Part shown: positions 17,482 to 31,400 of the stretch, in pieces | Layout of the letters: each line of letters opens with the position of its first letter | Numbering within the stretch: the stretch's first letter is position 1 | Assembly (NCBI RefSeq): GCF_000143415.4 | Contig: NW_003314299.1 | Span: 1,141,581-1,205,580, forward strand | Direction: 5' to 3' | DNA: 64,000 bases | From: Selaginella moellendorffii | Lineage: Eukaryota; Plantae; Lycopodiophyta | Notes under the pieces: model-generated | What the model saw: only the letters and a program-made list of their open reading frames with translations | Told to the model about the DNA's origin: nothing | Database searches by the model: none | Translations under genes and position numbers: made by a program

Positions 17482-20311
17482 TTACACGCTGCTTCCAGGT
17501 GCGGTGGTGCGGTAACTGGCGACTCTGATCTTGGCCCGCTCACCGCTCGCCGCATTTATGTACACGAAAACGAAGCTCTCGAGCGGATTCAAGGAGCTCC
17601 GCCAGTGAGGGAAGGTGAATGATCCGTCGCCCGCGTCGCTGCTGCTGCTGCTGCTAGTGCTGCTAGTGCTCCTGCTAGTGCTGCTGCCGCTACTGGATGT
17701 ACGCGTCAATCCCCAATACTGGCCCTCTTGAAGCCGATTGATTTGGAGAACGATGGCTTTTACCGTCCGCCTCCTCGATGTGTTCTTCACTGTCACCTCG
17801 TACTTGTACTGGACCTGGCCTTCCAAAGTCCACGAGCCCACCAGCCTTTGCCGGATGGACAGCACTGATTTCACGCCACCTTTTAGTGGAGAAAAGCAAA
17901 GCACGGAGTAAGTATACGATTGTTAAAAGAGAGTGGACTCTCTTTACGAAGAGAAGCTTACGTGGTATCGTCTTTAAAGCCGTTCTTACTGCTCCCACCA
18001 ACGACGTCTTTGAGGCCTTGAGCTCTGCGAAACCAAAGAGAAAACGTAAGTTCTTGAGCACTCACTCACTCTAGCCGTAAGAAAGAGAGATAGATTCCTG
18101 CCTGATTGCTGGTAGCGGTGGTCTTGTAGCAATCTGGCCAGGATGCCGATAAGCGGCCCAGTGTTATACGTCGCGGGCTCGGTCTGCTCGAAGTTGTATC
18201 TCTCGTCGGCGAAGTTATCGTACAGGTCGGGACCGCCGACGAGCGCGCCAATGAGGACGTTTGGGTCGCTCATCTTGCGCAGGTACCAGCTGCTGTAGCC
18301 GCCCCGGCAGCTGACAAAGGCATTGTCGACTTTGATGGACACGATGGACGATGCCCGGTGGTGGACCTGGCGGGGATAGTTCTGACCAAAACCGATGAGG
18401 TAGCTCGTTGCTCTTGGATTGTCTCCTAGGATGTAGTCCACCTGGGGCAGCATATAACAGACTCGCATTAAAAACTTGGTCGAGGGGTTCTTGAAGAAGG
18501 GAATTGGACTAACCTGGGACTTTGCGAGTGCTAGAAGCTCACTGGAGTCGGAGCTCAGCCTGGGGCATTGCAGTTGCTGGCGTGACGACGCGAGGTAGTC
18601 AGAGTACACAGTTAACAAGAAAGATGCAGTTACAACGTACTGCATGTTGTTCCAAGATCTCACGTACATCAATCCGCCTGAGAGAGACAAAGAAATTAAA
18701 GAGCAATGGTCAGCCAGAGGGTGTACAAACTTGGAAGAAAAAAAACATGGGTCCAAAAAAAAGAAAAAAAAAACGAAGAAAAGCTCACCAGGCGTTCTTG
18801 GCAGGTGAAAGCCGTTATTTTTCTGAAGAGCAGCACAAAGGAAGAATTGTGCCTTGGATTGAAACAGCTCCAGCGTTGGAATGTGTCGTGGAGAAGCTCG
18901 TCCTTGCATGAGAATCTGCAGCTCATGAATAAGCCATGTTCAATAGCCAGTTAAAAAAATGCTACCTTCGATGCAAGAACTTGAACTCCTGGATACTTCA
19001 CGTCCCAGGAGAACTCCATAAGCCCCCAGATTGTGCCCCCCAACGCTCCGCCGTTATCGACAGCGTAATCGAGATACTGCTCGTCTCCAGTCGCTTCGTA
19101 AAGCCACAGGGACGCCCACAGAAGTTCATCCTGGAAAAGACCAGTTACCAGAATATCTCAGTCACCAGCTGTTGCTGAGACGTAAAGACCTTACCGCGTA
19201 GCCACTCTTGGAAGTGTAAAAATTTTGCGCGAGGCGGATGCTACTGTCGTACTTCCCGCGATACTTGTCCGCGAATTCAAACAGCTGGTAAGACACCAAA
19301 ATCGAAGGAACAGGGAAGTGAGTACCGAGTATACAAAGAAAACGCGAAACAGGAACAAAACAATGAAATGCCAGCCATGGGTGATAAGCGCTCCGGACCG
19401 ACGAAAAGACAAGAATGACGAAAACAGAGCCGAAAACGAGGAGATACCAGCAAGGGGATATAGAGAGGTGACCTGTTTGGAATGTTCTACGAGCAGATCT
19501 GAGTAAGTCGGGTCAGAGCTACGCAACGCGATAGATGCCGCGGCCATTGCTGCCGCCGTTTCGCCCGCAAGGTCGGATCCAGGGTTGCTGGTGTCGATCT
19601 TGTAAGCACGGCGCGAAGTGGTCATGTCTTCTGGCCGCTGCCAGCAACCATGGTCGTTCAGGCCATCGCCCACCTACAAAATCGAGAACTTTGGGTAAGA
19701 ACACGAATCCACATTCACCAAAGAAACGTGAGTAAAGTGAAAGATTTTAAGAATGTGAGCTCTAAAAATCTTAGCTACTGGCTAGTCTTTGAAAGAAAGG
19801 GGTTCTATACCTGGCCCCACAGCTCGAATGGCGCAGTGTGAGCTTTGAGGAAGTAATCGGTGCCCCATTTGATGGCTTCTTTCGCGAATCCCATCTGGCC
19901 GGCGCCATCGATCTGCTTGCCATACTCGATGGCGCTCCAAGACAGCATTGTGATCGTGAAGGCCATTGGGAGGCCAAACTTGACATTGTCGCCGGCGTCG
20001 TAGTAGCCGCCGACTAGATCAACCTGGGCAAAGAAAGAAAGAACGAGGGGTGTGAGAAACCCGGGCAAAATATTTCGACGATCGAGCAAGAAAGAAGCGC
20101 TTACGCCCTGGGATTTGCCGTCGTCGAGCGCCGAATCCCCCCGCCAAGACGCCCGCTGGCTCGGCGGCAGCCTCCCGGATCGCTGCGCCTCGTAATACAA
20201 GAACGTCTTGCCCAGCGCATCCGAGTAATCGAACGCCAGCGCCGATTCGAGCAATGCAGCTACCAGAACCGCGCCCAGGCACGCGCAAATCGATGCATTC
20301 CTCCTCGACAT
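17482..20311 (-). CDS. Endo-1,4-beta-glucanase GH9 class C with C-terminal CBM49
   Basis: Signal peptide; [62 protein letters not shown]; C-terminal [15 protein letters not shown]...WGL...[15 protein letters not shown]. Confidence 0.92.
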
Positions 20312-21699
20312 CACTCCGCCGGCACGAAATTTCTGGAAATTTCCGCTCACACTTGCGAAATCTCTCACAGATGCGCGCGCCAGGCGCCAGAATATCACTG
20401 CACACGCCCGGATCGACAGCAAAACGATCGATAACGGGCAATGCTGGAAGAATCAGGGTAAAGAAAGATCGATCTAAAGCTATAGCATCAAGAACCCTAA
20501 AAACACGACGATCGTGGAATGGTGTATAGAAGTAGCAGCAGTGGCTAGCTAACAGCTTCAGCCGACAACAATTTCCTTTCCATCTATCTTTCTTTCTTTT
20601 TTTTACCGTGCGTGCTGGTTAGCCGTTAGACGACAATGCTGCGGTAACTTTATCTTTTCCCTCTCCAGTGACGGGTAGTTAGCCGTTGCGAGGGCGTGCG
20701 ATACGACAATGAAGAAAATGTTTTGACCGGCAGATCCATCCGGGGTTAAACTTTATTTGGCAATTGACTTTGGGTAAAATAGACAAGTCTGGAGAACTTA
20801 TGGTGACCACGACGAAAGAAGGAAACTGTTGCATTTGCTAGCCATGTGAGGGGTTCCAGGTATCGCATGTGCCGGGCGCGAATAAAATAGAATATCTCAG
20901 TGATGACTGGTGAATTTAAGTGCGAATATTATTTATTTTGTAACAGTATAATATTTTGCTTTAATTGGTTAATTTAATATTATGCAAATAATTATAAATT
21001 AAAGCTGTGAATATACAATTAACCCAAAAACGTTAGCTTATATATAAAAGTGAGTGGTCCAGTGAGTGGTCCAGATTGAAACTAATCAAATAACTATTAA
21101 AATCCTATAACACTAATAATAGTATATAACATTACTCACCATCCCCTTCTTTAAGAAGGATAGAAAGTAATTAAAATTCTTTGGTTGATGGGGATTTAAA
21201 GGAACATTAGGAGGAAGTATTGATAGTGCTATTTATTTTTTATCCCTTTGTATGAAGTGTTTTAGTTATTGTGTATATACAATTTTTGGAGGATTGTTAT
21301 GTTGAATGTTTTGTTGAACCTTATAAACTTGTGGTATAACTTGCTACAACAGTTAATAAGGTTAAATTTCTACATGGTGAGAGGAGAAGGGGTGATGGAA
21401 TGGATTTTTGGCAATTTTCCAACAAAAATTGTGATCTTGGAGATTTAAAACAACCCAAAAACACAAGTTTTTTATCATTCATCAGGCATACTTTTTTAAT
21501 AAAATATAATTACAAACTTTTTGATACAGATATTGATGTGAATATCAAAAACAAGATGCTCATGAAACATCCTTTACAGTTGCTGAATCTACACTAAAGT
21601 CAAAACCTAGAAGTATAAGCGTGCAATTTTTTAGTCAAATAATTTTACAAATGGCTTGATTATGTGTTGAGTTGTAGTCATTGCAAATGGTGTTGAGTC

Positions 21700-23340
21700 A
21701 AACTTTTGACTTCATCTTTGGTATGGATTGGTTGCAGCACAATCATGCCTAATGTGACTTTGTATTATCATAGAAAGCATTGTAATAAGAATGGAATTTC
21801 TTGTTATGGTCAACTTAACCTGACTAGAGCAAAGTCATTATTTCCTCAAAAGCTTTCAGCAAATATTCGACATTATATGATTTATATGATCCATTAAGAT
21901 TTCACATCAAATCAGATTTATAATAAGTATATACAGATTGTGGAAAGGAATAAGTCATCTGGTGAACCTCTTTGTCGAAATGATTTTCTAACTATGTAGA
22001 ATATTAACAATTTGCATAGAAAGTATTTGCTTTCAACTTATCAACTACATAAAAATGATGTACAAAGTGTATATATTTAGAAAAACACAAATCCTGAGAA
22101 AATATTTTCTTATCACAAAGGTGATCGAGGTAAAGATTATTTTAGCATTGAGATTCAAACAACTTAGCAACTGCAAAAGATGGTAGACTTTGCAAATAAT
22201 AATTTGTTCAGTTTTGATGCAACTTTTAAAATTAATCGCTACAAAGTAAAATTTTATTTATTTTTAAGTGAATAACATTTAATAATTTATAGTTCCCATT
22301 ATATACCATGCTTATTTTTCATTATCATGGAAATGATCTTCCAATTGCATGGGTTTTAACTTTTAGTGAGAAAGGAGAACATATGAAGGATTGGATGATA
22401 GTTTTTAAAAAACAAGTTTTAAAACACATTTCAGATTGAAAACCATATGTGATAGTGATTAATGATGCTAAAGTAGAGATTAATGCTATAAAGTAATTAG
22501 TTTGATATGATATAATATAATTTTTTTTCTTTTATATAGAGCTATATTTTTTATTATCAAATTCTATTATGTATTTGGCATGTAAGGAGGAATTGGCTCA
22601 AACTTATTATTCATAATGTGAAATCTTGGGATATTATGATGGAAATATGGAAACTTCTCAAAGATATTATATATTATTTATTTCATGCAACTTTTCATGA
22701 TGATAATATTATACGAGCTGAGATTAAACAACTTATCGAACATTTTGAGATGGATTTTCAAAATTAAATAGCCTTTATCAAGTATTTTCAAAATGAATAG
22801 AAGGACAAAGTTAGTAAGTGAATTAATATTTTTATTTTTATAAATTATTTTAATTTATATTTGATAAATATGTGGGTTGTTGCTACTTGAAATTTCCCTC
22901 ATACTAACAAAGCAACAAATAGTTTGATTGAGGCATTCCATGCAAATATGAAAACTATACTCTCATTCGAAAAAATATATATTTTCAATCGAAAGATGGA
23001 TTAGGTAATTCATCAACTTATCACTAAGATTTATGTGAGGTATTGGTTTACTAGTTATTGCAAAGATCATGGTCTTATTCGAAACTATGCATACGAAAAA
23101 CTAATTGATGGTGTGATTATTAAAACAAGAAATATTAACAACTCTCAAGTAAAATTCGATACAGACAATACTCACAAATCTTGTGTATAATCCTCTTTAG
23201 ATTCAACTATATGGTATTTTATTGTTGGAGATGAAGGACATAGTGATTGGGCTTTTTTGATTTGGTGTAATTGTCCATAGGCAAGCAAAAGAAACTTTTG
23301 TAAGTCTCTAGCAAAAGTTATTATGTTAAAACAAGGAGAC
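21700..23340 (+). pseudogene. Decayed intron-containing MULE-type transposase with SWIM finger (At1g60560/At4g13970-like family)
   Basis: YYHRKHCNKNGISCYG; QLQKMVDFANNNLFSFDATFKINRYK/FPLYTMLIFHYHGNDLPIAW; ILLCIWHVRRNWLK; TNSLIEAFHANMK; RKMD*VIHQL; CNCP*...FCK. Several in-frame stops. Confidence 0.75.
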
Positions 23341-26300
23341 AAAATTGACCGCACTACAACTAATTATGAGATTTAATCATCACAATTGTATGCAATTTTA
23401 GAACTTAGGTCAGATGACTTATTTTATCATCATCAAGATTTTGAAACACAACTATGACATAGGTAATTCACTTATTAATTAAAATTTTGAAATACTTTTA
23501 AAATTTGAGCAAAAACTTATCCATCAAAATGTTTATTATGAGCAAGAAATTCAATTGGAGACTATATTAGAGGTAAACTACTACATTTTATATACTAATA
23601 TATATGAATATTGTNNNNNNNNNNNNNNNNNNNNNNNNNNNNNNNNNNNNNNNNNNNNNNNNNNNNNNNNNNNNNNNNNNNNNNNNNNNNNNNNNNNNNN
23701 NNNNNNNNNNNNNNCCTCAAAGTTATAAAAACAACATTGTAACAAAAGATGATAGATATTTTACAAAATCTTCCTGATGAAGAAACTTTTTTATCTATGA
23801 TTAACAATGATTTAGAAATGATACAAGAGACGATTGCAACCTTTAAAGCTAAACTTCATGTCTCCAAAAGAGTATATCATCCATCAAAATAAAATTAGCT
23901 ACTCTCTAGATAAGTTGCCGGCATTCATGTTGTATGACATGAGAACAAGTGTCTTGTTGGAGTAGAACAATAATGTCCAATCTAAATAAGGAAGTCAAAT
24001 ACTTGGAGTTAAAGAACCCCATAAGCATGTTGTCCCCGTAAGACTAACTAGTTGAGCAAATAGAAGAGAGGATTGACCATCATATGAACAATTGTTAGAG
24101 GATGTTTATCCACTAAGCCTCCTAGAAGTTTCTGAAATGCAAATACAATTGTAGCATAGTACTCTATTTGAGATTTTGAAGTTTTTTTTGCTCCAAATTA
24201 CACCTAGTGAAATAAATCACAGAAAATGGTGGTTTTCTTTTCTTTCTGATCACCAAGAAAACACCATAACTAATGAATAGAAGGTATGGCAGTGTGAGAC
24301 AGTTGCTCAACATTTGGCTTGTATACTTCAATACCTCTATTGCTCACAAGATGGCCTAGCAACTTCCCTTTTTGGATAAAGAATTGGCACTTACATGTAG
24401 ATTTAGAGTGTAGAGTTAAATCATGGAACATGAACATCATAAGCCTTTGGAACGTGGTGGGAGCATTAATGAGGCAAAAAGGGAGGATGCAATATGCAAA
24501 AATTCCCCAAGGAGTACAGAAATATATCTTTAACTAATCCTCTATAGTGATTTGAATATAGTTGTAAGTAGAAAACCCATCTATAAAGCTATATATATGT
24601 TTGTTAGCAACCACATCTAGAATAATATCAATAAATGGAGTAGAAAAGTAATTATAGATAGTAGCTTTGTTCAGTGCCCTAAAATCAACACAAACACATA
24701 AGTTTCTATTAGCTTTACATTCCAGAACTATAGAAGAAATCCAATCAATGACCTCCACAGGATATGTAAAATTTGACTGTAGGAGTTGTTGGATTTGCTA
24801 CTTGATGAGAGGTTCTAGGACTATATTCAATCGACTACCAAACTACTGTACTAGTATAGCTTTTGGCTTAAGAAAAATATGATGCATTTTGACTATTGAA
24901 TTGACTCTCTTTCAGTCCTTATAACTCCAAGTGAAAACATTTGACCACTCACAAAATAACACCATAGCACCTACTGTTCACTATTTGTAAGAGTGTTGCC
25001 AATAAAGATTGGCTGAGGCTCTAAGGTATTATCAGCCATATCCAATTGAAGTAACTTTAGATGATCTGTTATGCCATCTGCTTGTACTTGAAGAATATCC
25101 ACAAGAGAGATATTATCTAAGGGAGTAAGTTGTTCCTCTTCCAAAACCAAGTCTTGAACTAACATCTAGAGGCCTTGCTTTGTTAGTGCATCTGCCATTG
25201 CATTAGACTCCTTAGGTATAGTGACAATATCCCAGCAATCCAACTCAATGAGGAGTGATATCAGACTCCCATGCAAACGTTGTAAGCAGTGATTGAGGAC
25301 TTTATATGTGCCTAGTACTTATCAAACCAACAGCTGAGAATCTGATCTAGGGCTCAACCAATGAACTGGATATTGTAAGACTCTTTGAACCACCAATAAC
25401 ATTGCCTAATACTTCACATTGTTGGAGGAAGATGTAGAAACTACCATTGATATGGAGAAGAGTATGTCTCCAATAGGTGATACAAGAAAATCACCAATAC
25501 CACCACAGTTCAATAATCAGGAAAACACCCCATTAGAAAATAATCTATATACTAGTGGCTCATTTGTATTTGAAACACTGGAAACAGTTGTATTAGTGTA
25601 ACTTGCAACCATAGTTGAGATCAGAGTGTCATTGGAGGCAACACAGGTATGAGAAACATCCATGACACTCGAAGTTGGTACGCTGGCTCCATATTGCACC
25701 TTCTCATCCTTGAAGTATTGTATCTTTCATCTCTTGAGTCTCATCAATTAACAAAACTGACACCATTGCTGAGTTGAAAATATCATTGTCAATTGGAACT
25801 AGTTCTGATGCCTAAAATCATATATAAGGTGGTGGTTATATTTCCTACTAAACTGCACATCAAACCCTTATCCCAAAACATGTGAGCTGAAACTCTATCC
25901 AACAATTCTTGTCCCAAGAGCAGTGAAAATGACTAAACCAAATCTGCCTAGCCATCTTGTGGAAATTCAACTACCAAAAATATTGAGTTGAACCTGCACC
26001 ATGTCCACAACAATTGTCACAGCCTTAATCAATCCAGCGGGTTTCACCTAATGTTAAGCACACATCTTAAGAATAATTGAGGTTTGGGTGTTGGAATCAA
26101 TTTGCAACTACCAACAAATGGGTGCTGGCATGATACTTGTTCCTGAGTAAGAGTCTATGATTGCTTTAGGCATGCATTTGCCATTGACTAGAGGATTGTA
26201 ATAGAAAGCCCTTGGATCAACCGAATGTGAGTGATCCACCACATGGATTCCCACTTAGTGTAGATTACACATCAAATTCTTAGTTACCTATGGAGCTACT

Positions 26301-28457
26301 CTAGAGAAAGAAAGATTGTCCAAAAGGCATGGAGCAACATGAAGAAGTTATGCCATGGTAATTGTTAACCTTAGTAGCTATAAATCCTCAAGCAAGGAGT
26401 ATGGTGGGGAAGTGGTTACAAGGAGTGCAACCTGAACCATGACCCGACGAGTTGGCAAGCATTCCTAAAAACGTTCTCAAGCAGCTGCCCATTGAGATTT
26501 TGTAGCCATGAGAACGTCAATGGATTCTTCCTTTAGTTCTCAAAATAAATCCACTAGTGAGATTTGCTCATCTTCCAACATATGACCCTTGATGAATTTC
26601 ACTAGAAGTAGAGCATTATCTTACTGTTTGCATCATCCCATTGGAGGCCCTTTTAAATAGGGTGCCATGGTTGGATCCAAAGCATTTGGCTACTCAAAAT
26701 CTTTCTCTTCATGTTGATATTTACCCAAGCCCATGCCAGGTAACCATCCTTGTTTTTGCAACAATTGATACCCCTTGTTATCCTTAGAGATTCTTGCTCT
26801 TCACATTGGATTAAGCTTTACCAAATAGACAAAGTTCTCCACTTATACATGGTTGACTGTTAAAGATGGTGAACTTCTAGTAGCCATAGCTGTTTGTGGC
26901 ATTATTTTTGTGTGATCTAGTAGTGGCCTTGGGGCATACACTTGAGTTGGTGGGGGAGGAGAAAGCACCAAGTGCATTGGAGGTGCTGGAAGTAAATGTT
27001 GTTGCTACAATTGGAATGCTTGTTGCTTGATGAAGCATTAGTCTTGGTATGATCTGGCTTACTGTAGTAGAAATCAAGAATTGATAAAAAGTTGGTGCAA
27101 CTGGCACTTGCAAAGCCAATTGAGTTGATGAAGGCCACTAAGCTAGAGCGGACCACTGAGGGGAAGCATACCTTGGAGAGACTGCATTGTGATTGTGTGG
27201 ATGATAAAAACTTAATGCATAATACAGCACTTGATACAAATAGATCACAGTGGATGATAAAAACTCCCTATTTGGTAAATTGGAGCAAATGTAGACAGTG
27301 TCATCCCTTCGGTGTAGCTAGGCATCATTGCTAGAGTTTCCAAGGGTGTAGCAGTGATAGTAATTATAGGAACAAAATCCCATCTTGCTTGTGTAGCCCC
27401 CAGCTTTGCAAAGAACTTCTCCTAACTATTAGTGATCATCTTTAAGACTATGGTCATCATTTTGTAATATCCAACATGCAGGATTCCAAAGAGACAAACA
27501 TGTCTCATTGGATATTAAAAGTGGATGCGGAGGAAGTGGATCCCATCTAGATGAGATACTTGCATTCTTGTGTCTTTGCTTCTAGTATTGCTGCTTCAAT
27601 TATCATTGGTTCCTTGCAGTGCACTTTCCTAGCCAAGTCAAGATGTAGAGCATCAATATATGCCTGGACAACACTCAAGCTTTAGCATTGACTCCTTTGT
27701 TATTACACTTTTGGATATAAGTTTGGAAGCACTAATTGAATTTGATGAAGGAGGTCCAATTTTGCCATGATACTATCCTTGTTTTCTAGGTATCAAATTG
27801 CATCAAGAAAAACTTTATGAGGGTGTCAAATTCTGCTACTTGTTGTTGCAACACATTCAACTACCATGATAATTCTTGCCCCAAGAGAGACAATCAGAAA
27901 TAAGTTGTTTGTGCCTCTTTTGGGATTGCTATTGCCACAAGGAATGATTTGATGCTCTCCATATACAACCAAGGATCGTTTTTTGACATCTCCTTTGAAT
28001 TTTGGCAAGATTGTGACTATGTGAGTGTCAAGAACATTCCACAATCTCCTAGCTATAGCATAGATCTTCTTCTTTGTTAGCACTAACTTGCAAATTTCTC
28101 AAAATGTATTCTTGGATATCTAAATCTTAGATTTTGTTCCTATTGCCAGCACAAGAAATCATGCCCTCCCCATCAATGTCCTAGAGTAGTTTGTGAAAAT
28201 CTTGACTGTAAGCACCCAGATCCATCCATCCCAAGATCATTTATCCATAGTAGAACTTTCTATTTTCTACCAGATATGACTGATCCATCCGAAAGGATCC
28301 CGAATTTCTTTCATACCTTCCTTCATGAGCTTTATATCCTAAATGTAGAAAAGACCACTGAAGCAACAGCCTCAAGATCCAGAGGCCACTCACTTCCTTA
28401 TCTGGCATGCCATAGATGGAAAGCTATCTCATTTCCTTGCTTAAAAACAGGTATAAA

Positions 28458-28460
<3 letters not shown>

Positions 28461-28491
<31 letters not shown>
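28461..28491. repeat. (CT)n microsatellite
   Basis: Seen directly. Confidence 0.95.
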
Positions 28492-28495
<4 letters not shown>

Positions 28496-31400
28496 AAATA
28501 ATCATTAGGGGTAATTGGGGCAAATGCATGCACAAGTTTTATAAAATCTTGATAAATAGTTGACTTTAACATTCCTAGCTTAATCCACATATTTAGCTCT
28601 GCACGAAGCAAAAGGATCTGGAAGCGATCACCAAAATTGTATAACTAACTCAAACAAAAATGATGCAATTGTTAAAATGTATTATCATAATCATTAGTAT
28701 GTCTAAATGTGTGTTTGAAGATATTTGGGAGAAAAATCCAATTTGCATAATTAGTTGCACTTAAACCATTGTACCACTGTAACATCGTTCTTGAAGACAT
28801 ATGAAAAACTTATATAAACATTGGATATCACCCCAAGAATGATAAGTGGCAATCTTTAAAAACTAATTGAACCAATAATACATATCATTCCTAGGATTTG
28901 AATGGAAAAAATTTAGTTGGACATAAGGATTGAGAGCAAAAGTGGGAGGAACTATCAATTAAGTTTGATTATTCAATTGTAAACACATAGCAATAAGTAA
29001 TTGCACCAATTGTTGGTCTAGTGTCAAAACAAGAGAATACAAAGGATGAGTATACTACGTTGCCATAAAAAGAAATGAAAAGAAAAGAAAAAAGTAAAAG
29101 TGAATAAATAGAAACATTACAAGATCAAAAGAAATCTAAACAATGCAAAAGTTACATCTAAACAAAAAGAACATAAATCCAAGCACTCCTTAAAGGCAAT
29201 TTAAGTTACTTCACACTAATACAATTGTATAAAATATAGAAAAATCCATATTCAATTAACCCAAAAACCTTAATCTATATATAGAAGTGAATGATCCAGA
29301 TTGAAACTAATTCAATGGCTATCAAAATTATATTACACTAATAAAAGTATATAACATCATAGGCATATAATACATATAAGATTATCTAAATAAAAAATAA
29401 AAGACATATTTTTATTATAAATAATCAAAGATTTAGTTTTAAAAAACTAACTTATATTAATAACAAAATTAATGAGAATAAAACTATATAAAGGATTTAT
29501 AAACCTATATATTAATACTTATAAATACTGAATGTTAAGTTTATTTATAATGTCACCTTCTTATAAAATTTATAATTTTAATGGATTAAAACCAATCCAT
29601 ATTAAAATGTCATAAACTTTACATATTGAAGAAGTTTAAGTGATAATAAAAGTATTGATCTTTCATATTTACTTTTTTTCCCTTGAAATTAGGGTATTTC
29701 AAATATATTCATATTTACTTAGGTATTATCATATATTTATCATAAAAAATTACAATTTAGGCTTGATGACTGCTATATAAATATTTTCATATCCACTTTA
29801 GTAATATAGTCAAGGTTTGGTTACCAAATTTTTAGTTATTTCCCTTTATTTCTTCTGATTAGAAATGTTTATCTTAAATTACAAAATCATAAATTATTAC
29901 ATATGGATAATTATTTTCATAGCTTTTACATTTAATATGTCAATTTCTGATGATCCTTGTGTTGGGTGGCTTAAAAGTTGTAAAATTACATCATTTCAAT
30001 TAATGAATTAAAGATTTTTATAAATTGCAAGAAAATCAATGGTGATTGGCATAGATCTTCTTTTATAATTGGCACTTGTAATTTAGAAATTCTAGATTGC
30101 ACTTTTTATCCAACAACAAATAATTTAATTTGTAATAATCTTCATGGTGAAGAATTTAATCTGAATACTCTTGCAGGCAATGATGATGGGCATCTTGTTT
30201 GTTGCTCACTTCCAATATTTTAATCCATAATTCTCATTTATTTATCAAGTAAAATATCTAGAAAGTAGAATTAATAAATATTTTTATTCTAATCCTTCTT
30301 TTATATCATTCTTAACATTACATTTTACTAAATTGCATTAAATTGAAACTTTATTTAAAAAATTTATATTTTTTTCATAACTTCATACCATAGTTTATTA
30401 ATTGTATATACTATACATCATTTAATATAATATAGTTAGATTATCTTGTATTTAGCTTCAGAACACTTCATCTAACAGAAATATTTATTCTAATAGACCA
30501 TGAATCTTAACAACTATAAGTTTTAATCATGAAAAACTTTAAGTTACTACAAATTTCACTATTTGTTTTAGTATTTTTATTTTATAGTAATTTTCACATA
30601 TTGATATCTAAATCAAATTTAAACTACAGAGAAAAGTTGTAATAGTAAAACTTTTTTTTGTTAAAATTAATGAGATCCTATCTTCTAATAAACAGCATTA
30701 GAAAGATGTTATTTTCTATAAATTTATTAATATAAATAAAATAAATGCACTATCATGCATTATATCGTTATTTACATAATAAAACAGGGCCATAATAAAT
30801 AGATTCAGATAATGTTGTAATAGATATATTGTATGTTTTTATTCAAATAAAAAAATGTATTCTATTTTAATTTTATTTCTTAATTTCAAAATATATTTGT
30901 ATTTGAATTCAGAATAGCACTAGGCTAGGTGATTTTTAATTAAGTATTTGTTACTGAATATATCACCATTAAAAAGTCTATAATAAATCTTGTTTCTTAT
31001 TAAATACATCACCACATTTAAAATTGCCATGTGGAGCTATATCTTGTTACAGGATCATATAATCTTAACATCTGGAGTTTTAACATCATGGTATAATTAA
31101 CTAATAGTTATTAAATATATCACCACATGTTAGTATTGATATCTAAAGGTCTAGCTAAATTAACTATAAGTGACATTTGGAGGTTTAAGATCTAGATAAA
31201 ATAAAGAGCTCAATGTTAAAGATGACAAAAATAAAAGACAAAATGTTAATATTTTATTGTATAAAGTCATATATATACATTATATTATTACATTTTTTTG
31301 GGGGGTCATGGGCATCTAGCTAGAGGCATGAGACAGGGAAAACCTTTCTCCTACTGCCTCCATAGTCTTTACTTGAGTTTCTACTCTTGACCCTCCTTCA

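Larger units (their letters stand above)
20939..29356 (-). mobile_element. Decayed Ty3/gypsy Tat-like LTR retrotransposon (5' LTR about 28638-29356; partial 3' LTR about 20939/21017-21131)
   Basis: LTR homology 21017-21131 versus 29255-29356, both ending TATAACA. PBS-like TGGTGATCGC next to the 5' LTR; purine tract at 21132-21152. Minus-strand remnants: G-patch about 26715-26795, PR (IIDSYSG, LLLGQ) about 25880-26190, aRH about 25170-25560, RT (VCVDFRALNKAT, YSFIDGFS) about 24300-24800, RH about 23990-24250. No TSD seen; an N gap lies inside. Confidence 0.7.
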
